In this document: positions 55,735 through 64,000 of the stretch, piece by piece | Position numbering within the stretch: the first letter of the stretch is position 1 | Layout: the number at the start of each line of letters is the position of its first letter | From: a virus | Taxonomy: Duplodnaviria > Heunggongvirae > Uroviricota > Caudoviricetes | IMG/VR virus record: IMGVR_UViG_3300042009_000026 | Coordinates: 128,001 to 192,000 of that record | Strand: one strand, 5' to 3' | DNA: 64,000 bases | Notes under the pieces: model-generated | Told to the model about the DNA's origin: nothing | Database searches by the model: none | Seen by the model: the letters and a program-made list of their open reading frames with translations, nothing else | Translations under genes and position numbers: made by a program

Positions 55735-56115
55735 ATGTGTCGTAGATTGGGGCGGAAACATCTGGAGTATACAGATCGCAGGAAAAATCTGTATATTCCC
55801 AATAAGGACGTTGGACGTGTCTCAACGGATGGGACATTGAATGTCGGTGCAAAACTGGTGATGCAACGTGCCTATAATGGGCGTCGCATTGTTGAACTGT
55901 ACGGGTTTAACGCGTTGAATGCCTATACGGATCTTCGCGATAAGTTCAACGGTGGCGAACAGTTCTCATTGAACTTACGCCAGACACCAGCGAAAAGAGA
56001 TCGACTGGCACATCTCGAATATACTCAAGGCCGTGTTGGGCCAACAGCATATACGAATGTGCGCCGCGCTGATCACCTCAAACGCAATAACGTAAAAGCA
56101 ACCGGACAGGTATAA
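55735..56115 (+). CDS. Basic hypothetical protein
   Basis: GGAG SD; 126 aa. Confidence 0.72.
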   Translation: MCRRLGRKHLEYTDRRKNLYIPNKDVGRVSTDGTLNVGAKLVMQRAYNGRRIVELYGFNALNAYTDLRDKFNGGEQFSLNLRQTPAKRDRLAHLEYTQGRVGPTAYTNVRRADHLKRNNVKATGQV

Positions 56116-56125
56116 AGGAATAGCA

Positions 56126-56416
56126 ATGTCACGTGTAATTTCTGCTGCGCAGGCACTCGGCCAACTCCGCGATGACCAAGTCGATGAATTCTTAAAAACA
56201 TTCAACGACTGCATGAGCGATCCGATTTGGATCGACAAATGGCGTTGCGGTCTGCCTGATGCAAACTACTGGCGGTTCTCTATGCATGGGGAACACACTG
56301 TTGCTACGGAATTAAAAATCCGCAGTGAACTGGAAGATGCTGGTTGGAAAGTAAACGAAGTGGCTCGCGGCACAGACCGCACAGCTTATACCTGCTACTA
56401 CGTTGCAAAAGCGTAA
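56126..56416 (+). CDS. Hypothetical protein, FN/YW/GW family
   Basis: FLKTFN..YWRFS..IRSELEDAGWKV. Confidence 0.8.
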   Translation: MSRVISAAQALGQLRDDQVDEFLKTFNDCMSDPIWIDKWRCGLPDANYWRFSMHGEHTVATELKIRSELEDAGWKVNEVARGTDRTAYTCYYVAKA

Positions 56417-56441
56417 GAAACAAAACGACACTGTGTAAAAC

Positions 56442-56471
56442 AAAGGGGTGGTAGATGGATACCACCCCTTT
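56442..56471. terminator. 12-bp perfect hairpin
   Basis: AAAGGGGTGGTA-GATGGA-TACCACCCCTTT. Confidence 0.65.
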
Positions 56472-56491
56472 CACTAATTTAAGGATTAAAT

Positions 56492-56950
56492 ATGCCATTC
56501 GAAATTCCGAAGCATGCTATTCCTGCTTTCTTGCGGTTGGTAGAAATAAAAGACCTGTCCAAACATGTTTGGATGTGGGGCCAGTACATGGACTCATTCG
56601 ATAGACCCCTGTTTATCGAAACAGGGGAACACATTTTCGAAACGCCAACAGCAATGCACCATGCTGGTTTTACCACAGACCATGAATTACCAGATGCCAT
56701 GCAGTGGTGCACAGCAATGTTGACCGAGTTGTTCGAAGGAGGACTCATCATTGCAACTGGCGTAGCAGATCGACTGACCGTTACACCGACAGATACCTGT
56801 TTCGTATTGAGTTACGAATCTATTGGTCGGATGCGGGACTGGTGTTGGATCAACCAGCGTGCAGATGAACAATTTCGACTTGATCGTCCATACGACTTGA
56901 TGAAAGCTATCGTTCGTCGTTTTCCTGAACCATGGAACAATATTAACTAA
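56492..56950 (+). CDS. Hypothetical protein
   Basis: AAGGA SD; 152 aa. Confidence 0.78.
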   Translation: MPFEIPKHAIPAFLRLVEIKDLSKHVWMWGQYMDSFDRPLFIETGEHIFETPTAMHHAGFTTDHELPDAMQWCTAMLTELFEGGLIIATGVADRLTVTPTDTCFVLSYESIGRMRDWCWINQRADEQFRLDRPYDLMKAIVRRFPEPWNNIN

Positions 56951-56963
56951 GTTAGGAATCAGC

Positions 56964-57746
56964 ATGGCTTACGAAAAGATTTATAAAGGTCAACGTGAAA
57001 CTGGTGTTGTCACCAAATACGAATACATCGATGAAGCAGGCAAGACGTGCTTCCACGAGATTGCAGAAAAAGAACCCCATCATGAAATTGAATGGGTCCA
57101 GAAGTGGCAACCAGAGCATGCTCCAGTAGGTTCTGTGGTACGCTACAAATCTTCGCGGTCTTTTGCTCCAGATGACGAACTTGTTGAGGTGACTGTAACT
57201 GGTCACTACTGGAATGGCGTTAAGTCGTGGGTTGTGTTGACTGACGATGTCTGCCAGATTCGGGGTGGTGATAGCAAATGTAGTTTCAATGGTGATCATA
57301 TCCGTGAGATTGTATCCCGTGGTAAAGGCGGGGTGCAGTTTACTAACAACAAACAAACTATCAAGCATTTCACTGAAAACTACAATAAAGGCTTAACCCA
57401 ATTACCGAGCGGCGTAAAGCGCCCACATTTGTACGCCGCACATCTTCCTTCGGATATTGTCGGTTACGTATTAACCACACATCCACGATTTGCTGATTTC
57501 TTTGATGGCATGCATGAAAACATGTTTGTCCATGATATTACAAAAATGCTTGCACCACTGTTCCAGTTCACTTGGACTTCTACATGGAGTGGCTATGCAA
57601 CAATAAACAAAAAGAAACTGATCAAAGCCTTGGCCCGTATTATTCCACGGGGTCGCACCAGTAAGTTGATTTCCTGGAAAGCAGAACAAAAAGCGGCAGC
57701 GGAAGATTATCGTCGAGATATGGAAGATTTCTTCAACGATCTGTAA
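56964..57746 (+). CDS. Hypothetical protein
   Basis: AGGA SD; 260 aa. Confidence 0.82.
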   Translation: MAYEKIYKGQRETGVVTKYEYIDEAGKTCFHEIAEKEPHHEIEWVQKWQPEHAPVGSVVRYKSSRSFAPDDELVEVTVTGHYWNGVKSWVVLTDDVCQIRGGDSKCSFNGDHIREIVSRGKGGVQFTNNKQTIKHFTENYNKGLTQLPSGVKRPHLYAAHLPSDIVGYVLTTHPRFADFFDGMHENMFVHDITKMLAPLFQFTWTSTWSGYATINKKKLIKALARIIPRGRTSKLISWKAEQKAAAEDYRRDMEDFFNDL

Positions 57747-57811
57747 TACCGATTTAAAAGCAATACACAACTTTTAATCTTGATGTACTTGATTTGGGGT
57801 AACGTTACAAA

Positions 57812-58150
57812 ATGCGTATTACTAACATGTCCAAGAGCTACTCTCCCCCTGCGTTGGATCTGGTAAACCAACTCGTTGATGCTAATGGGATGGTTCCAGT
57901 ATATCACAAAACTGGTCAATGCATGCGTTGGGTTAGTGACGGTGTACGCGAAACACTCGATCCAACTTCGGTATGTCATGACTTCATGGTACCTGCTGCA
58001 TCGCTACAAGCTCGTCTCGGCACAGATGCCGGTGGTGAGTTTATGCATCTTACATTTCCTGCTGCATGTGGTCGTTGGCACAACATCGTTCGTGCTGAAA
58101 ATGGTCGTCTGGTAATGGGCGATCCAAAACTCCCAACTTGGATGTACTGA
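57812..58150 (+). CDS. Hypothetical protein
   Basis: 112-aa ORF; start uncertain. Confidence 0.7.
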   Translation: MRITNMSKSYSPPALDLVNQLVDANGMVPVYHKTGQCMRWVSDGVRETLDPTSVCHDFMVPAASLQARLGTDAGGEFMHLTFPAACGRWHNIVRAENGRLVMGDPKLPTWMY

Positions 58151-58151
58151 T

Positions 58152-58553
58152 ATGAATACCCAGTTCCACGAAATTGATATAAAGGTAGTGAATAGTTATC
58201 ACTCGCCTGAAGTCATCAATGCGTTCTATGCCTTACTTAAGCATCCGACTGAGAAGGTTAGGATCATCCATCAGTTCTACTCAGAAACGTGCACACGCCA
58301 CGTGGAGATCATGGTTGGTGACAAGGTAGCATATACCTGCATCTTCGACATGATGGGGAACGAGATGGTTCGTGGACTGATTAACTACCAGATCCGTGAA
58401 GATCCAATCTACCTGTCTCGCATGGCTCTGCGTGATGTGTATAACTTCCTTCAGCAAAATGCAATCCACCACTACGAAGCAATCGTAGAACGGGTATCTG
58501 CGGACTATCGTGAAGTAGGCGATATCGAAGGTCTCGTCAAAAACATTTCTTAA
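58152..58553 (+). CDS. Hypothetical protein
   Basis: 133-aa ORF, tight packing. Confidence 0.75.
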   Translation: MNTQFHEIDIKVVNSYHSPEVINAFYALLKHPTEKVRIIHQFYSETCTRHVEIMVGDKVAYTCIFDMMGNEMVRGLINYQIREDPIYLSRMALRDVYNFLQQNAIHHYEAIVERVSADYREVGDIEGLVKNIS

Positions 58554-58940
58554 ATGGAGTGGAAGTTGAAAAAGATTATAACCGTACACCGTAAACGACA
58601 TGGGATCTCATACATTCCTAAGCAGTACGTAAAAGATCTGGCTGATGGTGTTAATATCATCAGCATTATTCTGGAAGGTGATCGTCGTCCAGCCTTTAAG
58701 CCAAATCAGAAAGTACTTGAGCTGACTGATTTGGCATTTGGTTTGAATGGCGATGATCACCGGAAAGCTTTAGCTTTTATGGATGAGTTGGATGGTGAAA
58801 ACCTTTTCATTCATTGTGAAATGGGCCAAGTCCGATCTAAAGGGCTTGCTCGATGGTTGCAACACCAACGTCCCCAGTATCAAATCAGTGGACATACTAC
58901 TGATTTTTGCATGGCACTCCAGATCCATAAGGAAACATAA
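58554..58940 (+). CDS. Cys-based (CX5R) dual-specificity/tyrosine phosphatase-like protein
   Basis: LFIHCEMGQVRS P-loop, upstream IISI strand and Asp loop. Confidence 0.75.
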   Translation: MEWKLKKIITVHRKRHGISYIPKQYVKDLADGVNIISIILEGDRRPAFKPNQKVLELTDLAFGLNGDDHRKALAFMDELDGENLFIHCEMGQVRSKGLARWLQHQRPQYQISGHTTDFCMALQIHKET

Positions 58941-59224
58941 TGTCTTCAACTTATTCCGAACCAGTTAGTACTGCGGACGTTCTGTACCTCGAACACTACG
59001 GTAATCCGAATTCTTTCGGTACATTGGCACAACGTATTACCGACCATTTTGGTCCAGATGTCAAACTCAGTCAGTTTGATATCGAACCTGAACGTTTGCA
59101 GGTTCGAGGATGCATGTGTTGCAATGATTCTAGCGACTATGAAATCTACTTAGTGATTACCAGACGTACCGATCTGTGTGAATCAACGGCAGATCAGTTG
59201 ATGTCCAGCCTCACCATTTCTTAA
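58940..59224 (+). CDS. Hypothetical Cys-containing protein
   Basis: AAGGA SD; GCMCCND. Confidence 0.75.
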   Translation: MSSTYSEPVSTADVLYLEHYGNPNSFGTLAQRITDHFGPDVKLSQFDIEPERLQVRGCMCCNDSSDYEIYLVITRRTDLCESTADQLMSSLTIS

Positions 59225-59234
59225 GGAGCGGTAC

Positions 59235-59663
59235 ATGCATTCGGATCTCAGCAGGCTGAAACTGAAATACTACATTAATCGATACGGTGAAATCACCTAC
59301 GATGAAGCAGTTCAGCTTGCGAAAGAAGCAGAACAAATCGCTACTGACTGTGGTCCAATGGACCCAGCCTTTATCTACTTTGCGCAACAAGTCCGCGATA
59401 TGTGGAAGTTTGCCTCAGTTCGTAACGAAACCGAAAATCTGGAACGGAACGAGCATCTTGATCGTAAAGTATTCCTTTGCGCTTGGACGGATTGCACATG
59501 GGGTAAACCCAAAGTCCAACGTACTGAGGAAATCGTTTTCCAGATTCCTCGATACAACCGATCACTTTCGGAACAGCGGTCATATATGGCCCAGGATATT
59601 CGGGTACGCTACAATGTGCTGGTGTGTACTGACGATATTGAATTCATGGAGATGGAAGAATAA
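59235..59663 (+). CDS. Hypothetical protein
   Basis: AAGGAG SD; 142 aa. Confidence 0.78.
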   Translation: MHSDLSRLKLKYYINRYGEITYDEAVQLAKEAEQIATDCGPMDPAFIYFAQQVRDMWKFASVRNETENLERNEHLDRKVFLCAWTDCTWGKPKVQRTEEIVFQIPRYNRSLSEQRSYMAQDIRVRYNVLVCTDDIEFMEMEE

Positions 59664-60050
59664 ATGCGCGCCAAAGTAAAAGATATTCGCCAGGGTCGTA
59701 CTCTGTGGATGGTTAACTGTTACCTCAAAAATCCACAGCACCGCAGATCAGCTACAGTCCAACGAATAGAATGTCTGGACACACCCAAACCAAGTAAATA
59801 TCGAAGCTGGCAGAAGAAAGTTCTGTTTGCTAATTTCCGTTACCAGGGTACTGTTTGGTCTGGACCAATAGACATTCATCATTCTTTGCGTGACCACAAT
59901 ATCGTCTGGAATGATTACAATCAGCATATGGTCTTCACAAAGCAGAAAGCTGCTGAAGCTTATGCTGACCGTATTCGTAGTGGTTGTTATAATGCGCAAG
60001 AACTAGCTTTCATGCGTAAATGCGACAGGATAACCAACATCGTGCTTTGA
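59664..60050 (+). CDS. Basic hypothetical protein
   Basis: 128 aa, abuts previous stop. Confidence 0.75.
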   Translation: MRAKVKDIRQGRTLWMVNCYLKNPQHRRSATVQRIECLDTPKPSKYRSWQKKVLFANFRYQGTVWSGPIDIHHSLRDHNIVWNDYNQHMVFTKQKAAEAYADRIRSGCYNAQELAFMRKCDRITNIVL

Positions 60051-60073
60051 TTTCTTACCCAGAGGGATTACAC

Positions 60074-60646
60074 ATGTCTACTCAAGTGACTGATACTGAA
60101 CTATTGAAGTCTATCTGCGAAGTTATCTCTGGTTCTCCAACGAATCGGCTCCGTAGCATCCAGGATATGGTTGACCACATGAAGCGCCACCCAGAAGCAT
60201 CTGGTACGCTTAGTGATGCCATGACCAGTCACTGCATGGATAATCTCGAATGGGTGATAATCGGCAAGTGCTCGGATTCTGATCTGACCATGCACGCTGC
60301 CAACCTGATACGTGCATACTTCTTTGCTCACCTTCGACTTCACGAACTTGTGTACATACACAGTGATCGGTCGAAGGTTACGATCGGCATCGAGATGGTA
60401 CCGACCAAGCATAAGAATGCTATTGGCTTCTATCGGGTGTCTTCTGTTGATTCTGACTCAATGCCGGGAGAAACAGAGTACTACATGTTCCCTACCTGGA
60501 AATTCCAAGCAGGTGTATCACGGCGTTGTCGTGAAGCTTTCCCGAATAAGCGTACTGCCTTCGGCCTAGCTTCTCCGCATGATGCCGTAGATGACACCCC
60601 GCAAGTTATAGAACCACGCATAAGACGTGTGGCCGAGGAAGAATAG
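60074..60646 (+). CDS. Hypothetical protein
   Basis: GAGGG SD before ATG 60074. Confidence 0.75.
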   Translation: MSTQVTDTELLKSICEVISGSPTNRLRSIQDMVDHMKRHPEASGTLSDAMTSHCMDNLEWVIIGKCSDSDLTMHAANLIRAYFFAHLRLHELVYIHSDRSKVTIGIEMVPTKHKNAIGFYRVSSVDSDSMPGETEYYMFPTWKFQAGVSRRCREAFPNKRTAFGLASPHDAVDDTPQVIEPRIRRVAEEE

Positions 60647-61120
60647 ATGGATCACAGGTTAGTAAAACACATACTGGAAACTATGCCACCTTTTGAACCT
60701 AAAGGAATGAACATGTCAATCCCACAAGTTACACTGCTCACCGATTGTATTGCTGAAGTCATCGAATCCCAAACTGGTTTGGTGGATATCGTTAAAGCTG
60801 TTCTGCGTCACCCTGACATCAGCGCAGTAGCAGAACAATACCGTAAAGAACTAGATCCATCGCCGCATAGAACATTGACCAATCTCATCACCGCCCAGGA
60901 AGAATCTCGCCAGCTCATGGAACGGTTTTCTTACGTTCTCATGTATCTGGAAGATGAAATCCGTGAAGGCACCAAAGGCGAATGGCGTGAAATCGTTAAA
61001 GCTCAATCTAACCAGCGAGTAAGCATTGATGCTATCCGCAGCCTGCGTGAAACATTTGGCACTGGTCTGCGTGACGCGAAGTTCATTGTTGAAGCCTATA
61101 GCGCCGGTCTGTTTGAATAA
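60647..61120 (+). CDS. Protein with C-terminal ribosomal bL12 (L7/L12) CTD-like motif
   Basis: SIDAIRSLRETFGTGLRDAKFIVE vs bL12 [24 protein letters not shown]. Confidence 0.7.
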   Translation: MDHRLVKHILETMPPFEPKGMNMSIPQVTLLTDCIAEVIESQTGLVDIVKAVLRHPDISAVAEQYRKELDPSPHRTLTNLITAQEESRQLMERFSYVLMYLEDEIREGTKGEWREIVKAQSNQRVSIDAIRSLRETFGTGLRDAKFIVEAYSAGLFE

Positions 61121-61125
61121 GACGA

Positions 61126-61171
61126 CATAAAGGCTACCCTTCGGGGTAGCCGCTATACCTTATTTTTTTTT
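61126..61171. terminator. Bidirectional family hairpin ending the early region
   Basis: CATAAA-GGCTACCC-TTCG-GGGTAGCC then T run; convergent genes. Confidence 0.8.
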
Positions 61172-61173
61172 GT

Positions 61174-61563
61174 TTACTCAGGCTCTCGACCGAGCTGCAT
61201 CAAGACTTTGTGGCAAGTATCCATATCGTAGAAGACACGATCGTATTCACCTGTGTGAATCTCCAGGTAATTCCCTTCCGTGTGAGGGAATGGTTTCTCA
61301 TATACATCAATAACAATACGTTTACTGTAGAACAAATCTTTCAGCAAGATGTCTCGACGCAATGCGATCTCAGATTCACCGATAGTGGAATGATCCCATT
61401 CGATACCTTTAAGGATACTGTGTGCGATCTCCCCTGCTGCGTTTAGGACAGGGATAAGGTTCTGACTAGCCGTGAACACTACCACACGTGACGAAAGACC
61501 CATACGAGCCTTGTAGACAACGTGGTTGCGCAGAGCTTCGATCAGATGATCAATTTGTTTCAT
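61174..61563 (-). CDS. Hypothetical protein
   Basis: GGAG SD before ATG 61563 (MKQIDHLIEAL). Confidence 0.75.
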   Translation of the reverse strand: MKQIDHLIEALRNHVVYKARMGLSSRVVVFTASQNLIPVLNAAGEIAHSILKGIEWDHSTIGESEIALRRDILLKDLFYSKRIVIDVYEKPFPHTEGNYLEIHTGEYDRVFYDMDTCHKVLMQLGREPE

Positions 61564-61586
61564 TTTGTACTCCGGGAATAGGGTAG

Positions 61587-61613
61587 CGGAATAAATTCTC
61601 CCCGAAGGGAGAA
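61587..61613 (-). terminator. Family hairpin after dnaB-like gene
   Basis: Minus strand TTCTCCC-TTCG-GGGAGAA-TTTATTCCG. Confidence 0.72.
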
Positions 61614-61640
61614 CCATTCCTGCAACCACCACCAAGGTTC

Positions 61641-63173
61641 TTAGATAGACCACGCATCATCGCCAGCTTCACCAGACATGCCTGGGAGTTGACGCATGCT
61701 GTAGTCAGCTTCTTTGTCGATGTCCCACGGGATTGTACCCACGGGTGCAAATGGAAGTACACAGTATTGGTCTGCTTCGCCAGTTACAGTGTTCCGGTGT
61801 TTACCACGTTGAATAGTGAAGTACGATTTGCCTGCTACTTTAACGATGTGGAAAATGAGTTCCAAGTCTGGTTCCTGACCGAGACGACGGCAACCATCAT
61901 AATAACCACGGTTAGCTACAATCTTCACGAAGTCTTCTGTGTTCTCACGCATGAGCTGCAATGCATCAGATGACAACTGGTGTGGACTAAAGAATGTAAT
62001 GCCTCGTGGAGCCGTGTAGTTACGCATACGCCGGAATAATAGTCGAATGTCATCACCAGCTACCTTCGCATCCAAACCTGTCTTCGGCAACATGTTAAGA
62101 TAGTCGACGCAGAGATATTGGATCTCATAACCCTGAGCTTGCAAACCATCTAGCCAGTTAGTAAAACCAGCAATGGTAAAGTCGGTAGGGTCAAAACGAG
62201 TGATCAGTACTTTGAAACCAGATTCCTGCAAACGAGCAGAAATGTATTGAGTAGCCATGACCGGATCGATTAGTGTCTCATCTACAGCTTCACCTGTTTC
62301 GTTCTCCATCAGGTACTTGTAAAGGATCAACAAGTTATCAGACAGTTCGTTCTCGAGTGTTACGAACAAGCACAGGGGTTTCTTGTTCTTATCTCGCATG
62401 AACGGTTTGTTGAACAAACAGATGTGAGAGAATACCGTCAGAGCAAAACCAGTTTTAAAGTTATGTTGTAGACCACCACCTAGAATGAACTCACCACGAC
62501 GAATAGCACCCAGTTTACCTAACATGCGATTAAGACCTTTCCAACCAGTCTTAAATGCACCTTCAATAGACATAGTCTCTTTAACAGCTTCGAAGTATCG
62601 AGCTACACCTTCCGGATCATCAAAGTCGACAGTACCGATTTCAGCAGGATGCTTAGCTTCAGCACGAGCTTGTACAAATGGATCTAGTTTGGATTGCATC
62701 TCACGAATCAAACTGATGCTATTAGTAGAACCAGTAGCATTAAATAGAAGCTTGTGAGAATATTCCTTCATGATCTGAGAGATCTTCGTATCATTTAAGT
62801 GAGCACGCAGAACGTTACGCTTCTCATTGATACGTTGCATGATGGATAAGCCATCAGGGAATACTTCGTTTACCGCAGCCGCAACTGCTTCAAATAGGTA
62901 TGACTCTTCTCGTGCACATACTTGGACGTTCTGAAGAACTTCCATAAGGCTCGGGAACTCCGTAGGTGTTTTGCAGTTGAGATCAACTACTAATCTACGA
63001 AGCTCCAAAAAGGTTTGACGTCCATGGTCGCTATCGATCGAAGTTTCTTTAACTTGGATCGTTTCGATTACGTCAGAAATCAGCTCGGTCGAAGCCGATG
63101 CAGGGGAGTCGTCGCGATGCTCTAGGCAGAGCAAAGTGATGCAACTAACTAAAAGTTGTTTATGCGAAGACAT
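61641..63173 (-). CDS. dnaB: DnaB-like replicative helicase (phiKZ gp118-like)
   Basis: TGWKGLNRML, Walker A GGLQHNFKTG, TLEN, Walker B VDYLNML, HQLS, RGKHR. Confidence 0.9.
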   Translation of the reverse strand: MSSHKQLLVSCITLLCLEHRDDSPASASTELISDVIETIQVKETSIDSDHGRQTFLELRRLVVDLNCKTPTEFPSLMEVLQNVQVCAREESYLFEAVAAAVNEVFPDGLSIMQRINEKRNVLRAHLNDTKISQIMKEYSHKLLFNATGSTNSISLIREMQSKLDPFVQARAEAKHPAEIGTVDFDDPEGVARYFEAVKETMSIEGAFKTGWKGLNRMLGKLGAIRRGEFILGGGLQHNFKTGFALTVFSHICLFNKPFMRDKNKKPLCLFVTLENELSDNLLILYKYLMENETGEAVDETLIDPVMATQYISARLQESGFKVLITRFDPTDFTIAGFTNWLDGLQAQGYEIQYLCVDYLNMLPKTGLDAKVAGDDIRLLFRRMRNYTAPRGITFFSPHQLSSDALQLMRENTEDFVKIVANRGYYDGCRRLGQEPDLELIFHIVKVAGKSYFTIQRGKHRNTVTGEADQYCVLPFAPVGTIPWDIDKEADYSMRQLPGMSGEAGDDAWSI

Positions 63174-63298
63174 TTTTGCGATATTCCTGAAAGTGAATGT
63201 TTCTAATTATGTGCCATGTATTATTAACTTGGTTGGTAGTTTATTACATATCCCTATGTATCCAGCTATAACGTCAACATTCAACGGGGTGTCCTCCA

Positions 63299-63835
63299 AT
63301 GGTCAAACTGTTAGTCCTACCCGTCACTCTATTGGAACATTTCCGTAACGACGGTGTACAGCTTACTAAATTGCTTGACATCAACTATATGGCAAGCGTT
63401 GCGTCAGTCAGCGATCTCGCTGCTATCCATGACGCGATCAATAAATTCCCATTCCGCTTTTGTGAAAGCACGAAAGTGGAATTAGCAGATAGTCCGGTTA
63501 CCGGCCTTATGCAACTAGCCAGTGCTTCAGGTGTTACGAACCTTAAGATGCAAGATTTACACAATCGTGTAGAAGGACGTATTACCAACAACGCACTAAC
63601 TAAAGCTCTGCATCCTAGCCTTGAATGCTATGAATACAGTCTTTATCCTGTAGATGAGAATCTTTGGGTTGCTGTGCAAAAGAGTTTGCACATGGGTAAT
63701 GGCGATCCTGCTCGACTCTCCATCAAGGCCAATCGTGCATTATTTGATAGTATGATTGGCGAACTGATGCGAACTCGAACATTCGAGAGTGTCGCTTCAA
63801 CAAAACTGTTCACTTATTATTTAGAGGCACTGTAG
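63299..63835 (+). CDS. Conserved protein preceding the major capsid gene (phiKZ gp119 position)
   Basis: 178 aa; synteny. Confidence 0.75.
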   Translation: MVKLLVLPVTLLEHFRNDGVQLTKLLDINYMASVASVSDLAAIHDAINKFPFRFCESTKVELADSPVTGLMQLASASGVTNLKMQDLHNRVEGRITNNALTKALHPSLECYEYSLYPVDENLWVAVQKSLHMGNGDPARLSIKANRALFDSMIGELMRTRTFESVASTKLFTYYLEAL

Positions 63836-63902
63836 GCAAAGCTCCTACGTCCCTAAGTATTGTAACACCACCAAAAACTCATCTCCTTCGAAGGAATAGA
63901 TC

Positions 63903-64000
63903 ATGAATCTCGATTCACTGTTTAAACATAATGCACAGAAGCAATACACCCGCTTCTCGATGGAAGACTTCCTGGGCGCACTGGAAGCAGAACAGAACTA
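63903..64000 (+). CDS. Major capsid protein precursor (phiKZ gp120-like), partial
   Basis: AAGGA SD; MNLDSLFKHNAQKQYTRFSMEDFLGALE with SME/ALE processing motifs; synteny after dnaB and gp119-like gene. Confidence 0.7.
   Translation, partial: MNLDSLFKHNAQKQYTRFSMEDFLGALEAEQN

Noticed and set aside
57751-57830. GATTTAAAAG box and nearby CGTATTACTAACATG resembling an early promoter
   Set aside because: The position 21 nt after the box reads TTTTAATC, and the core-like sequence lacks correct spacing; at most a degenerate promoter
1-64000. tRNA, rRNA, integrase, transposase or intein
   Set aside because: None recognised by eye; intergenic gaps are short and explained by hairpins or promoters. 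tRNAscan-SE and Infernal would be needed to exclude them formally

Overview
A 64-kb segment of a phiKZ-like (nucleus-forming, Chimalliviridae-type) jumbo phage genome, most likely infecting Pseudomonas. No host DNA, tRNA, rRNA or CRISPR array was seen. Gene order follows the phiKZ gp70-gp120 block; phiKZ gp numbers are assigned from motifs and remembered synteny, not from searches. The block runs: non-virion RNA polymerase beta and beta-prime C-terminal halves, an SF2 helicase, virion RNAP beta-prime C-half, the exonuclease/motif-A half of a split family-B DNA polymerase, baseplate genes, and a long paralogous array of protease-processed internal head proteins followed by neck/tail genes. An ~17-kb early accessory region (44-61 kb) driven by TATATTAC virion-RNAP promoters comes next, then DnaB helicase and the start of the major capsid gene. 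Most notable: (1) an early-expressed array of ~17 membrane microproteins, many missed by the ORF track, built from repeated hairpin+promoter cassettes around a DarG-like macrodomain; (2) a candidate P2-type -1 programmed frameshift fusing two core genes; (3) candidate counter-defence genes (DarG-like, NADAR-like, Acb4/PF13876-like sponge); (4) a family of hairpins with a conserved TTTAT(G/T)CCG tail instead of poly-U; (5) several structured intergenic RNAs.
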